In this document: in pieces, positions 57,274 to 64,000 of the stretch | Layout: the number at the start of each line of letters is the position of its first letter | How positions within the stretch are numbered: the first letter of the stretch is position 1 | NCBI GenBank assembly: GCA_049519415.1 | Contig: JBEKQU010000007.1 | Location: forward strand, 24,061 to 88,060 | Source of the DNA: Spirochaetia bacterium | GTDB taxonomy: Bacteria > Spirochaetota > Spirochaetia > SZUA-6 > Fen-1364 | Direction of reading: 5' to 3' | DNA length: 64,000 nt | Notes under the pieces: generated by a model | What the model was told of the DNA's origin: nothing | Seen by the model: the letters and a program-made list of their open reading frames with translations, nothing else | The model's database searches: none | Position numbers and translations under genes: made by a program

Positions 57274-60200
57274 TCAGCGGCTCATGTATGTGACATACGC
57301 GGATTGCACCCTGTTGAAACGCTCCGTGAGAGCGGAGAGAAGCTGTTCCGCTGTCGCGCCGCTGCCCATCATGAGCCGGGCGAGGGCGCGCAGCTGCGCT
57401 GGGTCGCGGGGAAGGCTGTGCGTCTGCCTGTCCTCGTAGATCTGGAGGAAATGCTCGACCCGGCGCAGGAAAAGGTAATCGGCCGAGAGCTGCTCGACGA
57501 TGGGGAGGGGCAGGATTCCGGCATCGGCCAGCGCCCGAAGAGCGGGCAAGGTTCCGCCGCCGAGGAGCCGGGGGTGATCGTGCGCATGCACGAGCTGCAA
57601 GCCCTGCGCCAGGAACTCGACGTCGCGAAGCCCGCCCAGGCCCGTCTTGATGTCCGTCGGGTTGAGGATGCTGCGGGAAAGGGCGCGTATGGCTTGCCTG
57701 CGCAGCCGGTCGATGGTGGATGCAACCTCCCCCTGCGCGTGGGGCGCGAGGAGCAGATTGCGCACGGAATCGAGGAAAGCCTGGCCTACGGCTAGATTGC
57801 CGGCCACGGGACGCGCCTTCAGGAGCGCCTGCAGCTCCCACAGCGCCGCCCTGCGCGTGTAGTAGTCGGTGAGCGCTGAGAGCGTGAAGACAAGCTGCCC
57901 CGAGCTGCCATAGGGACGGAGGCGCAGGTCCACGCGGTATGCATAGCCCTCCGTGGTATGGGCGGAAAGATCGGCCCGGAGGGCTTCCATGATCCGCGTG
58001 GCCGGCTCCTCGGGATCGTGGTCCCCGTCCCCCGTGCACAGCCCCAGCAAATCGATGTCCGAGCTGTAATTCAGCTCCCTTCCGCCGAGCTTGCCAAAGG
58101 CGATCACGCAGAAGCCCAGCACCCGGCCCGCATTCTCCCTCCCGGAGCCGTCGTGCTCCTGGGACCGGATGCGCGCCAGTGCCGCGGCGATCACTCCGTC
58201 GGCCAGATCGGAGATTTCCTCCATGATCCGCTGCGTCGGCGTGCCCAGGCAGATGTCGCGCGCGCCGATGCGCAGGATCTCCCTTCGGCGGAACCGGCGC
58301 ACGAGATCTCTCCATTCGTCGCGCCCGGCTGTCCGAGCCGAGAGCGCGGCAAGCTCCTCGGCGATCTCCGCGCTGGTTCGCGGGGCGTGGATGACCTCCT
58401 GCCTGCCGATGGAATCCAGGAGGCGGGGATCGCGCACCAGCGTGTCGGCCAGGAACTGGCTCGCGGAGAATATGCTTAAGAGTATCTCCAGGCGCATGGG
58501 CTGGGAGAGCATCTGTGCCAGGTGCGCCTGGGGGTCGGGAAGCGCGTGGAGGAACCTCTCCCAGTTGTTGAGCGCCATGTCCGGGTCCGGCCTGCGCGCG
58601 AGCACGTCGCATGCCAGGATGGCCAGCCGGGCAAAAAGCATTCTCCGCTCCGCTTCCCCGCCGATACGGCGGAGGTTGTGCAGGGCCCGGGCCGGATCTG
58701 AGAATCCACGGTTCGCCAGCGCCTGATGCGCGAGTGTTTCAGGCACGGTGTCGGAGAGCACGAGGTCCGCCACGGTCACGACGGGCGCGCCGGGGATGCT
58801 GTCCCTGCCGAAGTGGCGCTCCACAAAGGCGCGAACGGCCGCCGTGTGCGCCTCGAAGTCCAGGTGCAGCTTCTGCGCGGGGGTGCTCTGCGGCTCCGCG
58901 CCATAACCCATGCGGCGCGCGAGGTGCAGGTACTCGTCGGAATCCAGCTTGGGCAGGACGAGATCCCGCGCCGATCCGCGCAGCATGCGCAGGCCATTGA
59001 TGAGCCTTCGAAAGAATCGGTAGGCGGTCACCAGCTCCGCGGCGTCCTCCCTCTCCACCACCCCGATGGAGGCCAGGGCCGCGAGCGCCTCGTGGATCCG
59101 GGGGGTGCGCAGCGCCGGTTCCGCCGCGCCGCGCAGCACCTGGAGGATCTGCACCGCGTACTCCAGGTCCACCAGCGCGCCGGGGCTGAACTTCGCGTTC
59201 AATCCCTGCGCCGTTTTTTCCTGGACCTGCCGGGCGCGCAGCTCCCGCAGCTCGGCCAGGTTGATGCTCTGCGCCGAGTAGACCATCTCGTCGCGCAGCC
59301 TCTCGATCTGGCCGCCGAAGGCGCCGTCTCCTCCCACGGCGCGCAGCCGGACCAATGACAGCCTCTCGTATGAATGCGCCGGGCCTCCGCGGGCATAGTA
59401 GGTGCAGAAGCTCTCCAGGCTGCACGCAAGGGGGCCCGCGGCGCCGTACGGCCGCAGCCGAAGATCGATGTGAAAGATCCCCTCCCGCTTGGCGTGCACC
59501 AGCCTCAGGATCTCGCGCACCATCCGGTCGAAGAACTCCGCGTTCTCTATGCGCTCGGGCCCGGCAGTGGACCCGCTGTCGCTGTAGGCGAACATGATCT
59601 CGATGTCTGACGCGTATCCCAGGGCCACTCCGCCCAGCTTTCCCAGTCCCACCACGGCGTAACGCACCGGCAGCCCCGCAACGGTGTGCGGCTCCCCGAA
59701 CCGGCGCGCAAGCGCGTCCCATGCATGCGCCGCGGCGGCATTTACCACGCACTCGGCGAGCGCCGTGAGACGCCGGCTCAGGAGGAGGAAATCGGATTCG
59801 AACGCATCCGCCTCAGTCGAACGGCGCGAGGTGAGGATGTGGTCCAGGTCGAAGAGGTAGATTTCCCTGTCCTTGAAATCGTTCAGGCGCCGCGCGAACT
59901 CTTCCGTGTCCCCGGCGCCCGCCAGGACCGCGGACAAGCGATCGGGAAGCAGCTCCAGCGGCTCTGAGAAATGCGCGCCGCCCATGTGCGGCGCGAGCAT
60001 GGGGAGCAGCTCCTCGTATTGCAGCCGCACGAAGTCCTCCCAGAGGAAGGTGCTCGCGCCGAGCAGCTGCGCGAGGTCGCGGAGCACGGCCTGGTCGGAG
60101 AGCATCTGCACCCACTTCCCCTGCCGGGGCATCATGAGCACGTCCTTCACGAGCTGCTCGAACCGCAAAAGCGCCGCGAGGGGATCGGGCGCGCTCCCCA

Positions 60201-61026
60201 GGAAGGAGGTGAACTGTTTGGTGAGCAGCACGGAAAGCTTGATCCGGTCTATGCGCGCGGGGTCCTCGATGCCTTGGCCGGCCGCGTCCACGAACTCAAA
60301 CTCGTCCTCGATCCTCCCCCCCTCGGTGCGGATGGTGACGCACTCTATGGACACCTCCTGGAGAGTGAGGGCGGTGGAGAAGGTGAAGAGGAAGAAGGGG
60401 GTATCCTGGGAGAGCACGCGCATGCGCGTATGGCCCTGCGCGGAGCCGCTCACCTCTATCTGTACGGGGTAGAGGACCGAGCCCGCGGAGATCGTGATCT
60501 CCCCAATGGCGCTTGCCGCCAGCTCGTTGACGATCTGCCGCGCCCGGGCCGGGGCCTCTCCGCCGCGCTCCATCAGGCCGAAGACCTGCTCCAGCCGTTC
60601 GCGCAGGCGCGTCGGCCACGAGTCGTCCCATTGACGCGCCGTGACGGTGCCGGTGAAATGGTCCACGATGCGCCTTCGTCTCAATCCGATATCCATCGGC
60701 GTGTCCGCGGAGGGGGGAGCCCAGGTGAAGATATCCCCGGCGTTGATGTCAAAGCCCAGGGAAGACAGGATCCCCACGATGGCGGAGAATGCGCCCGGAT
60801 GATCGAATGCAAGCACCGTGCACGTGAGCCCGCCACCCCGTTCCCGGCCGACCCGCAGCGTCACCGGGCATTCAGGGCCAAGGAGCGCAAGCCCTTCCAC
60901 GTGTGTCGCGATCTCTTCCTCCGAGAACCGCTGGAAGTACCGGGCATCGAGCCGCGTCAGGTGTTCCCTGACAAGGCGCGGGTCCATGTTCAAAAGAAGG
61001 GGGTTGTCGGGTTGGATTTCCGGCAT
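57274..61026 (-). CDS. GlnE-like double nucleotidyltransferase (glutamine-synthetase adenylyltransferase/deadenylylase type) with two N-terminal ACT-like domains
   Basis: 1250 aa. Two GlnE-type NT cores (GKLGGVALGYASDIEI...HIDLRLRPYGAAG and GKLGGRELNYSSDIDL...RVDLRLRPYGSSG). Two upstream ACT-like segments (TCTVLAFDHPGAFSAIVGILSSLGFDINAGDIFT and TRMRVLSQDTPFFLFTFSTALTLQEVSIECVTIRT). Confidence 0.7.
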   Translation of the reverse strand: MPEIQPDNPLLLNMDPRLVREHLTRLDARYFQRFSEEEIATHVEGLALLGPECPVTLRVGRERGGGLTCTVLAFDHPGAFSAIVGILSSLGFDINAGDIFTWAPPSADTPMDIGLRRRRIVDHFTGTVTARQWDDSWPTRLRERLEQVFGLMERGGEAPARARQIVNELAASAIGEITISAGSVLYPVQIEVSGSAQGHTRMRVLSQDTPFFLFTFSTALTLQEVSIECVTIRTEGGRIEDEFEFVDAAGQGIEDPARIDRIKLSVLLTKQFTSFLGSAPDPLAALLRFEQLVKDVLMMPRQGKWVQMLSDQAVLRDLAQLLGASTFLWEDFVRLQYEELLPMLAPHMGGAHFSEPLELLPDRLSAVLAGAGDTEEFARRLNDFKDREIYLFDLDHILTSRRSTEADAFESDFLLLSRRLTALAECVVNAAAAHAWDALARRFGEPHTVAGLPVRYAVVGLGKLGGVALGYASDIEIMFAYSDSGSTAGPERIENAEFFDRMVREILRLVHAKREGIFHIDLRLRPYGAAGPLACSLESFCTYYARGGPAHSYERLSLVRLRAVGGDGAFGGQIERLRDEMVYSAQSINLAELRELRARQVQEKTAQGLNAKFSPGALVDLEYAVQILQVLRGAAEPALRTPRIHEALAALASIGVVEREDAAELVTAYRFFRRLINGLRMLRGSARDLVLPKLDSDEYLHLARRMGYGAEPQSTPAQKLHLDFEAHTAAVRAFVERHFGRDSIPGAPVVTVADLVLSDTVPETLAHQALANRGFSDPARALHNLRRIGGEAERRMLFARLAILACDVLARRPDPDMALNNWERFLHALPDPQAHLAQMLSQPMRLEILLSIFSASQFLADTLVRDPRLLDSIGRQEVIHAPRTSAEIAEELAALSARTAGRDEWRDLVRRFRRREILRIGARDICLGTPTQRIMEEISDLADGVIAAALARIRSQEHDGSGRENAGRVLGFCVIAFGKLGGRELNYSSDIDLLGLCTGDGDHDPEEPATRIMEALRADLSAHTTEGYAYRVDLRLRPYGSSGQLVFTLSALTDYYTRRAALWELQALLKARPVAGNLAVGQAFLDSVRNLLLAPHAQGEVASTIDRLRRQAIRALSRSILNPTDIKTGLGGLRDVEFLAQGLQLVHAHDHPRLLGGGTLPALRALADAGILPLPIVEQLSADYLFLRRVEHFLQIYEDRQTHSLPRDPAQLRALARLMMGSGATAEQLLSALTERFNRVQSAYVTYMSR

Positions 61027-61029
61027 AGA

Positions 61030-61080
61030 AAACTCTAAAAAATGATAGCAGAAATGCAGCCGCCTGCCGGCGGCGGCTGC
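61030..61080 (-). terminator. Putative intrinsic terminator: 9-bp GC stem (GCAGCCGCC / GGCGGCTGC, 7-nt loop) followed on the minus strand by a T-rich tract (ATTTCTGCTATCATTTTTTAG)
   Basis: Read directly. Lies downstream of the minus-strand lipoprotein gene. Confidence 0.4.
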
Positions 61081-61119
61081 CTCCTTGCCCCGTGCCTCAC
61101 CATCCAGACGACATCGTTT

Positions 61120-62169
61120 TCACCGGTATGACTCGATCAGGAAATCATCGAAATCAGCGGAATAACCGGACATCGGCGTCTGTGTGTCGTCCACGATGTA
61201 ATTATAGAAGACCACAGCTCCGCCGGAGATCGGCGTTAGATCGGTAATGCTGACCGTACCGATTGTGGTTGTCCCCGTGGAGTTTTTTATCCGTGCCGTA
61301 ATTGTCGACCCGCTGGTTTCTATTTCGAAAATGTACCAGTTCCCTGGGGGCACCGAGTCAGTAACATCGTACATCGCTGGAATTGGCGAAGCAACGTCGT
61401 TTTCTCCATCCGTCCGGGCGAGTTTCAGGAAAAGGTGGTCGGTCTCACTATCAAATACCAAAGAAGTATAGTATCCCTCGTAGGTGATCTGTGTGTTTAT
61501 CTCGAGTCCGAGAAACTCTTTCGGCGATTCTGGATGGCCGCCCGTGTCGATAATTGCTTTCACTGAGACGCGCAATGGCTTCGCGTAGTCAACAGCACCC
61601 TTGTAGACTGCGCCCGCCCCTTGGCTTTGGCCCTCGATTGTTGTCGTAAAGACCGAGTGAACCTGATTGTTGTGGATTGTAATTTCGTCGGTACCAGACC
61701 CCATTGTCGTCCAGTCAGCGCCCAAATCCCTGCCGGTGGTATCCGCGCGGTTGAAGTTGTCTAGGAACACGGTCGTCCATGCCGGCGCAGGGGTTGGCTC
61801 CGTCACCGTCACCGCGCAGGTCGCGGTCTTGCCGCCATCCGCTGTTTCCACCGTGATTGTTGCGCTTCCCGCCGCCATCCCTGTTACCAGCCCTGAAGAG
61901 CTCACCGTGGCGCAATTTGCGGCGCTCGTTGACCATGTCACGGCCGCGTTGGTAGCGTTTGATGGCTCAACCGTCGCGGTCAGCTGCTGCGTACCTCCAA
62001 CATCAAGCGACGCGGTCGTCGGACTCACGCTCACCCCTGTTACCGCAACATTCACTGGAGTATCTACCGGGGGACATCCCGCCAACGTGAGAGCAATGAC
62101 AACAATCATGGGGAATACCATCCATGCACTTTTCAATGAAATTCTTTGTCGTTGGGTGTTTTCCATATT
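61120..62169 (-). CDS. Lipoprotein with a bacterial Ig-like (Big_2) domain and a C-terminal beta-rich domain
   Basis: Signal peptide with lipobox (MVFPMIVVIALTLAGC) and a Big_2-like segment (VTGVSVSPTTASLDVGGTQQLTATVEPSNATNAAVTWSTS). Visibly lower GC (about 50%). Start at MENTQ (62169) or upstream at 62199. Confidence 0.65.
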   Translation of the reverse strand, partial: NMENTQRQRISLKSAWMVFPMIVVIALTLAGCPPVDTPVNVAVTGVSVSPTTASLDVGGTQQLTATVEPSNATNAAVTWSTSAANCATVSSSGLVTGMAAGSATITVETADGGKTATCAVTVTEPTPAPAWTTVFLDNFNRADTTGRDLGADWTTMGSGTDEITIHNNQVHSVFTTTIEGQSQGAGAVYKGAVDYAKPLRVSVKAIIDTGGHPESPKEFLGLEINTQITYEGYYTSLVFDSETDHLFLKLARTDGENDVASPIPAMYDVTDSVPPGNWYIFEIETSGSTITARIKNSTGTTTIGTVSITDLTPISGGAVVFYNYIVDDTQTPMSGYSADFDDFLIESYR

Positions 62170-62235
62170 ACTACTTCCTCCTAGCCGGTGGTTTATCACA
62201 TTTTTTTATATCGTTGCTCACATTCACTATCCTGT

Positions 62236-62262
62236 CAAGGATTTTCATAAAGCAAATCCTTG
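62236..62262. promoter_or_regulatory. Perfect 9-bp inverted repeat CAAGGATTT-N9-AAATCCTTG in the divergent intergenic region. Downstream TTGACA-N18-ATGAAT is a candidate promoter for URO-D paralog 8.
   Basis: Read directly from the sequence. Confidence 0.35.
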
Positions 62263-62340
62263 GAGCCATGCCCCGGTTGCCGCCTGCCGGCAGTGTTGAC
62301 ACAATCGCTGACACGTGACATGAATCCCCGGGAGAGAAGT

Positions 62341-63405
62341 ATGCCGAAAGATTCAATGAGCCCAAGAGAGAGATGGCTCGCGGTCCTGACGCGAAAGTCC
62401 CCCGACAGGGTGCCCATGGATTACTGGGCAACGGAGGAGGCAACGCGCGGGCTGCTGAAGCATCTTGGCTGCGCCGATGAATTGGCCTTGTTCCACCGGC
62501 TGCACATCGACAAGCCGCTGACAGTCGGACCGCGCTACACCGGACCGGCGATTCCCGGCGATTCGGACGAGTTCGGCTGCCGCTACAGGGACGTGCGGTA
62601 CGGCACGGGGAGCTACCGGGAATGCGTCCATCACCCCCTGGCCGAATACGAAACCTTGGAGGATGTGAAGAAGGGGTATCGATGGCCCAGCCCGGACTGG
62701 TGGGACTACTCGGGCATCCCGGACCAGACGGCCGCGCGAAGCGGCTTTCCCGTGCAGGGCGGCGGCTCCGAGCCGTTCCTGATCTACAAGAACCTCCGCG
62801 GAGATGAGCGTGCGTTCATGGACCTCGTGGAAAAACCGGACATCGCCCATTGGTGCCTGGACAGGCTGTTCGATCTTGCATGCGAAAACTCCCGGCGCAT
62901 TTACGAGGCAATCCCCGGCAGGGTGACCCTCTCCTACGTGGCCGAGGACATGGGGTCCCAGGACGGCCTCATGTTCTCCCCAGCGCAGATCCGCCAATTC
63001 TTCATACCCCGGATGAAGCGGATCATCGACTTGGCGCACCAGGCCGGCGCGTTCGTGTTCCACCATAATGACGGAGGGGTGCGGCGCATCATCCCCGACA
63101 TGATAGAGGCGGGGATCGATGTGCTGAACCCGATACAGTGGCGGTGCGGGGGCATGGAGCGCGAAGGGCTGAAGAAGGATTTCGGGGACCGGCTCATTTT
63201 CCACGGCGCGGTGGACAATCAACGGACCCTGCCGTTCGGCACGGTGGATGATGTCCGGCAGGAGGTGCAGGACAACCTGCGGATCCTCGGCGCCGGAGGA
63301 GGCTATATCCTCGGGCCGTGCCACAACATCCAGGCCGTGAGCCCCCCGCAAAACATCGTGGCCCTGTACGAAACCGGCTATGCGCTAGGATACACGAGGG
63401 GATGA
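62341..63405 (+). CDS. URO-D / MtaA-CmuA superfamily protein, paralog 8
   Basis: MSPRERWLAVLTRKSPDRVPMDYW N-terminus and AEDMGSQDGLMFSP ... FVFHHNDGGVRRIIPDMIEAGIDVLNPIQ. The zinc-motif Cys is absent (HHNDG). Confidence 0.7.
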   Translation: MPKDSMSPRERWLAVLTRKSPDRVPMDYWATEEATRGLLKHLGCADELALFHRLHIDKPLTVGPRYTGPAIPGDSDEFGCRYRDVRYGTGSYRECVHHPLAEYETLEDVKKGYRWPSPDWWDYSGIPDQTAARSGFPVQGGGSEPFLIYKNLRGDERAFMDLVEKPDIAHWCLDRLFDLACENSRRIYEAIPGRVTLSYVAEDMGSQDGLMFSPAQIRQFFIPRMKRIIDLAHQAGAFVFHHNDGGVRRIIPDMIEAGIDVLNPIQWRCGGMEREGLKKDFGDRLIFHGAVDNQRTLPFGTVDDVRQEVQDNLRILGAGGGYILGPCHNIQAVSPPQNIVALYETGYALGYTRG

Positions 63406-63412
63406 GGAACAA

Positions 63413-64000
63413 GTGGCCGCCGGCATCGTCATTATAGGCGAGCCGCCGTTTGCCCGGGATGCATCCGGCCGGCTTTTGTCCCGGATCGCGACGGCATTCC
63501 CCAAGCATGATGCGCTCGTCACCCTCCCCGGCATGCATGTGACTCAGCGGCAGGCGTTCCTGGATTATCTTTCGCAGCGGCTGCGCGGGGAGGGCAGGCC
63601 GCCGCTGTCCCGGCAGGAGCAGGATGCGGAATGGCAGGATGCGGTGGACCTGATCGTGGAGAACGACGCCATCCACATCAGGCCGGATCCAGAGAACTTG
63701 CCCCTCGCGTTTCTCGCTGACGAGATGCTGCAGAGGCTCTTCCCCAAGCACACGATACGCTTCCTCGGGGTGCTCAACGCCACGGTGCGCGACGCCATCA
63801 GGCAGCGCGGCGAGCTGTGGAGGATCACACCCCTGCCCAAGACTCCTGAGGAGATGCGCGAGATGATCGAATCGGCGCGCGTCGGGATCGGCGGCCGGGA
63901 AATCTACTATTACAGCACGGTCACGGGCGTGCGCTACCTCACCTGCCAGAAGCTCGAAGAGATCGGCGGGTTGGACGACGAGTCGCTGCGCGGCCAGCTG
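63413..64000 (+). CDS. Hypothetical protein, 5' part (runs off the window end)
   Basis: GTG at 63413 after a GAGGA RBS. 196 codons with no stop to the window end and strong GC3 bias in this frame. No family recognised. Confidence 0.45.
   Translation, partial: MAAGIVIIGEPPFARDASGRLLSRIATAFPKHDALVTLPGMHVTQRQAFLDYLSQRLRGEGRPPLSRQEQDAEWQDAVDLIVENDAIHIRPDPENLPLAFLADEMLQRLFPKHTIRFLGVLNATVRDAIRQRGELWRITPLPKTPEEMREMIESARVGIGGREIYYYSTVTGVRYLTCQKLEEIGGLDDESLRGQL

Noticed and set aside
63194-63751. Minus-strand ORFs 63194..63751 and 63565..63840 at the window end
   Set aside because: The plus-strand frame from GTG 63413 is open to the window end with strong GC3 bias and an RBS. The minus-strand ORFs overlap it and look like GC artefacts.

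Overview
This 64-kb window (about 65% GC by eye) is an accessory carbohydrate and sugar-acid catabolism region from a high-GC bacterium, with lower-GC patches (about 48-53%) that look horizontally acquired. About 55 genes are recognisable.

- Transport and regulation: two CUT1-type sugar ABC transporters (one with a GntR-HTH/periplasmic-binding-domain regulator, one low-GC with an SGNH esterase), plus a FadR-type GntR regulator.
- Hexuronate / KDG toolkit: UxaE-like epimerase, ManD-like enolase-superfamily dehydratase, two kdgK paralogs, eda, a DapA-family aldolase, FSA-like aldolase, KduD-like SDRs, an MDR dehydrogenase, two D-2-hydroxyacid dehydrogenases, an FAH-family protein, a YhcH/YiaL protein, a cyclase-family hydrolase, a UlaG-like MBL hydrolase and an Ldh_2 (YiaK-like) dehydrogenase.
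- Substrate-level phosphorylation branch: ALDH, DRE-TIM aldolase, pta and ackA, plus an E1alpha/E1beta/E2 2-oxoacid dehydrogenase set with no E3.
- Glycoside hydrolases: a GH63-like six-hairpin enzyme and a second large uncharacterised hydrolase-like protein.
- Histidine utilisation: a complete translationally coupled operon (hutU, formiminotransferase, hutI, cyclodeaminase, hutH) with FtcD split into two genes.
- Nitrogen signalling: a 1250-aa GlnE-like double nucleotidyltransferase with two N-terminal ACT domains.
- Most unusual feature: eight divergent paralogs of the URO-D / MtaA-CmuA methyltransferase-like family spread through the sugar-acid operons, most carrying the H-x-C-G zinc motif, with no corrinoid protein in the window. 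Their function here is unexplained.
- Mobile DNA: an ISNCY-type transposase inserted between a promoter-like site and the eda-kdgK operon, an IS91-like transposase tail fused to a frameshifted gene, and a PIN-toxin 3' fragment at the window start.
- Repeated cis motifs: two pairs of repeated sequence motifs (a promoter/operator-like 19-mer and a 26-nt motif) sit upstream of the large minus-strand operons.
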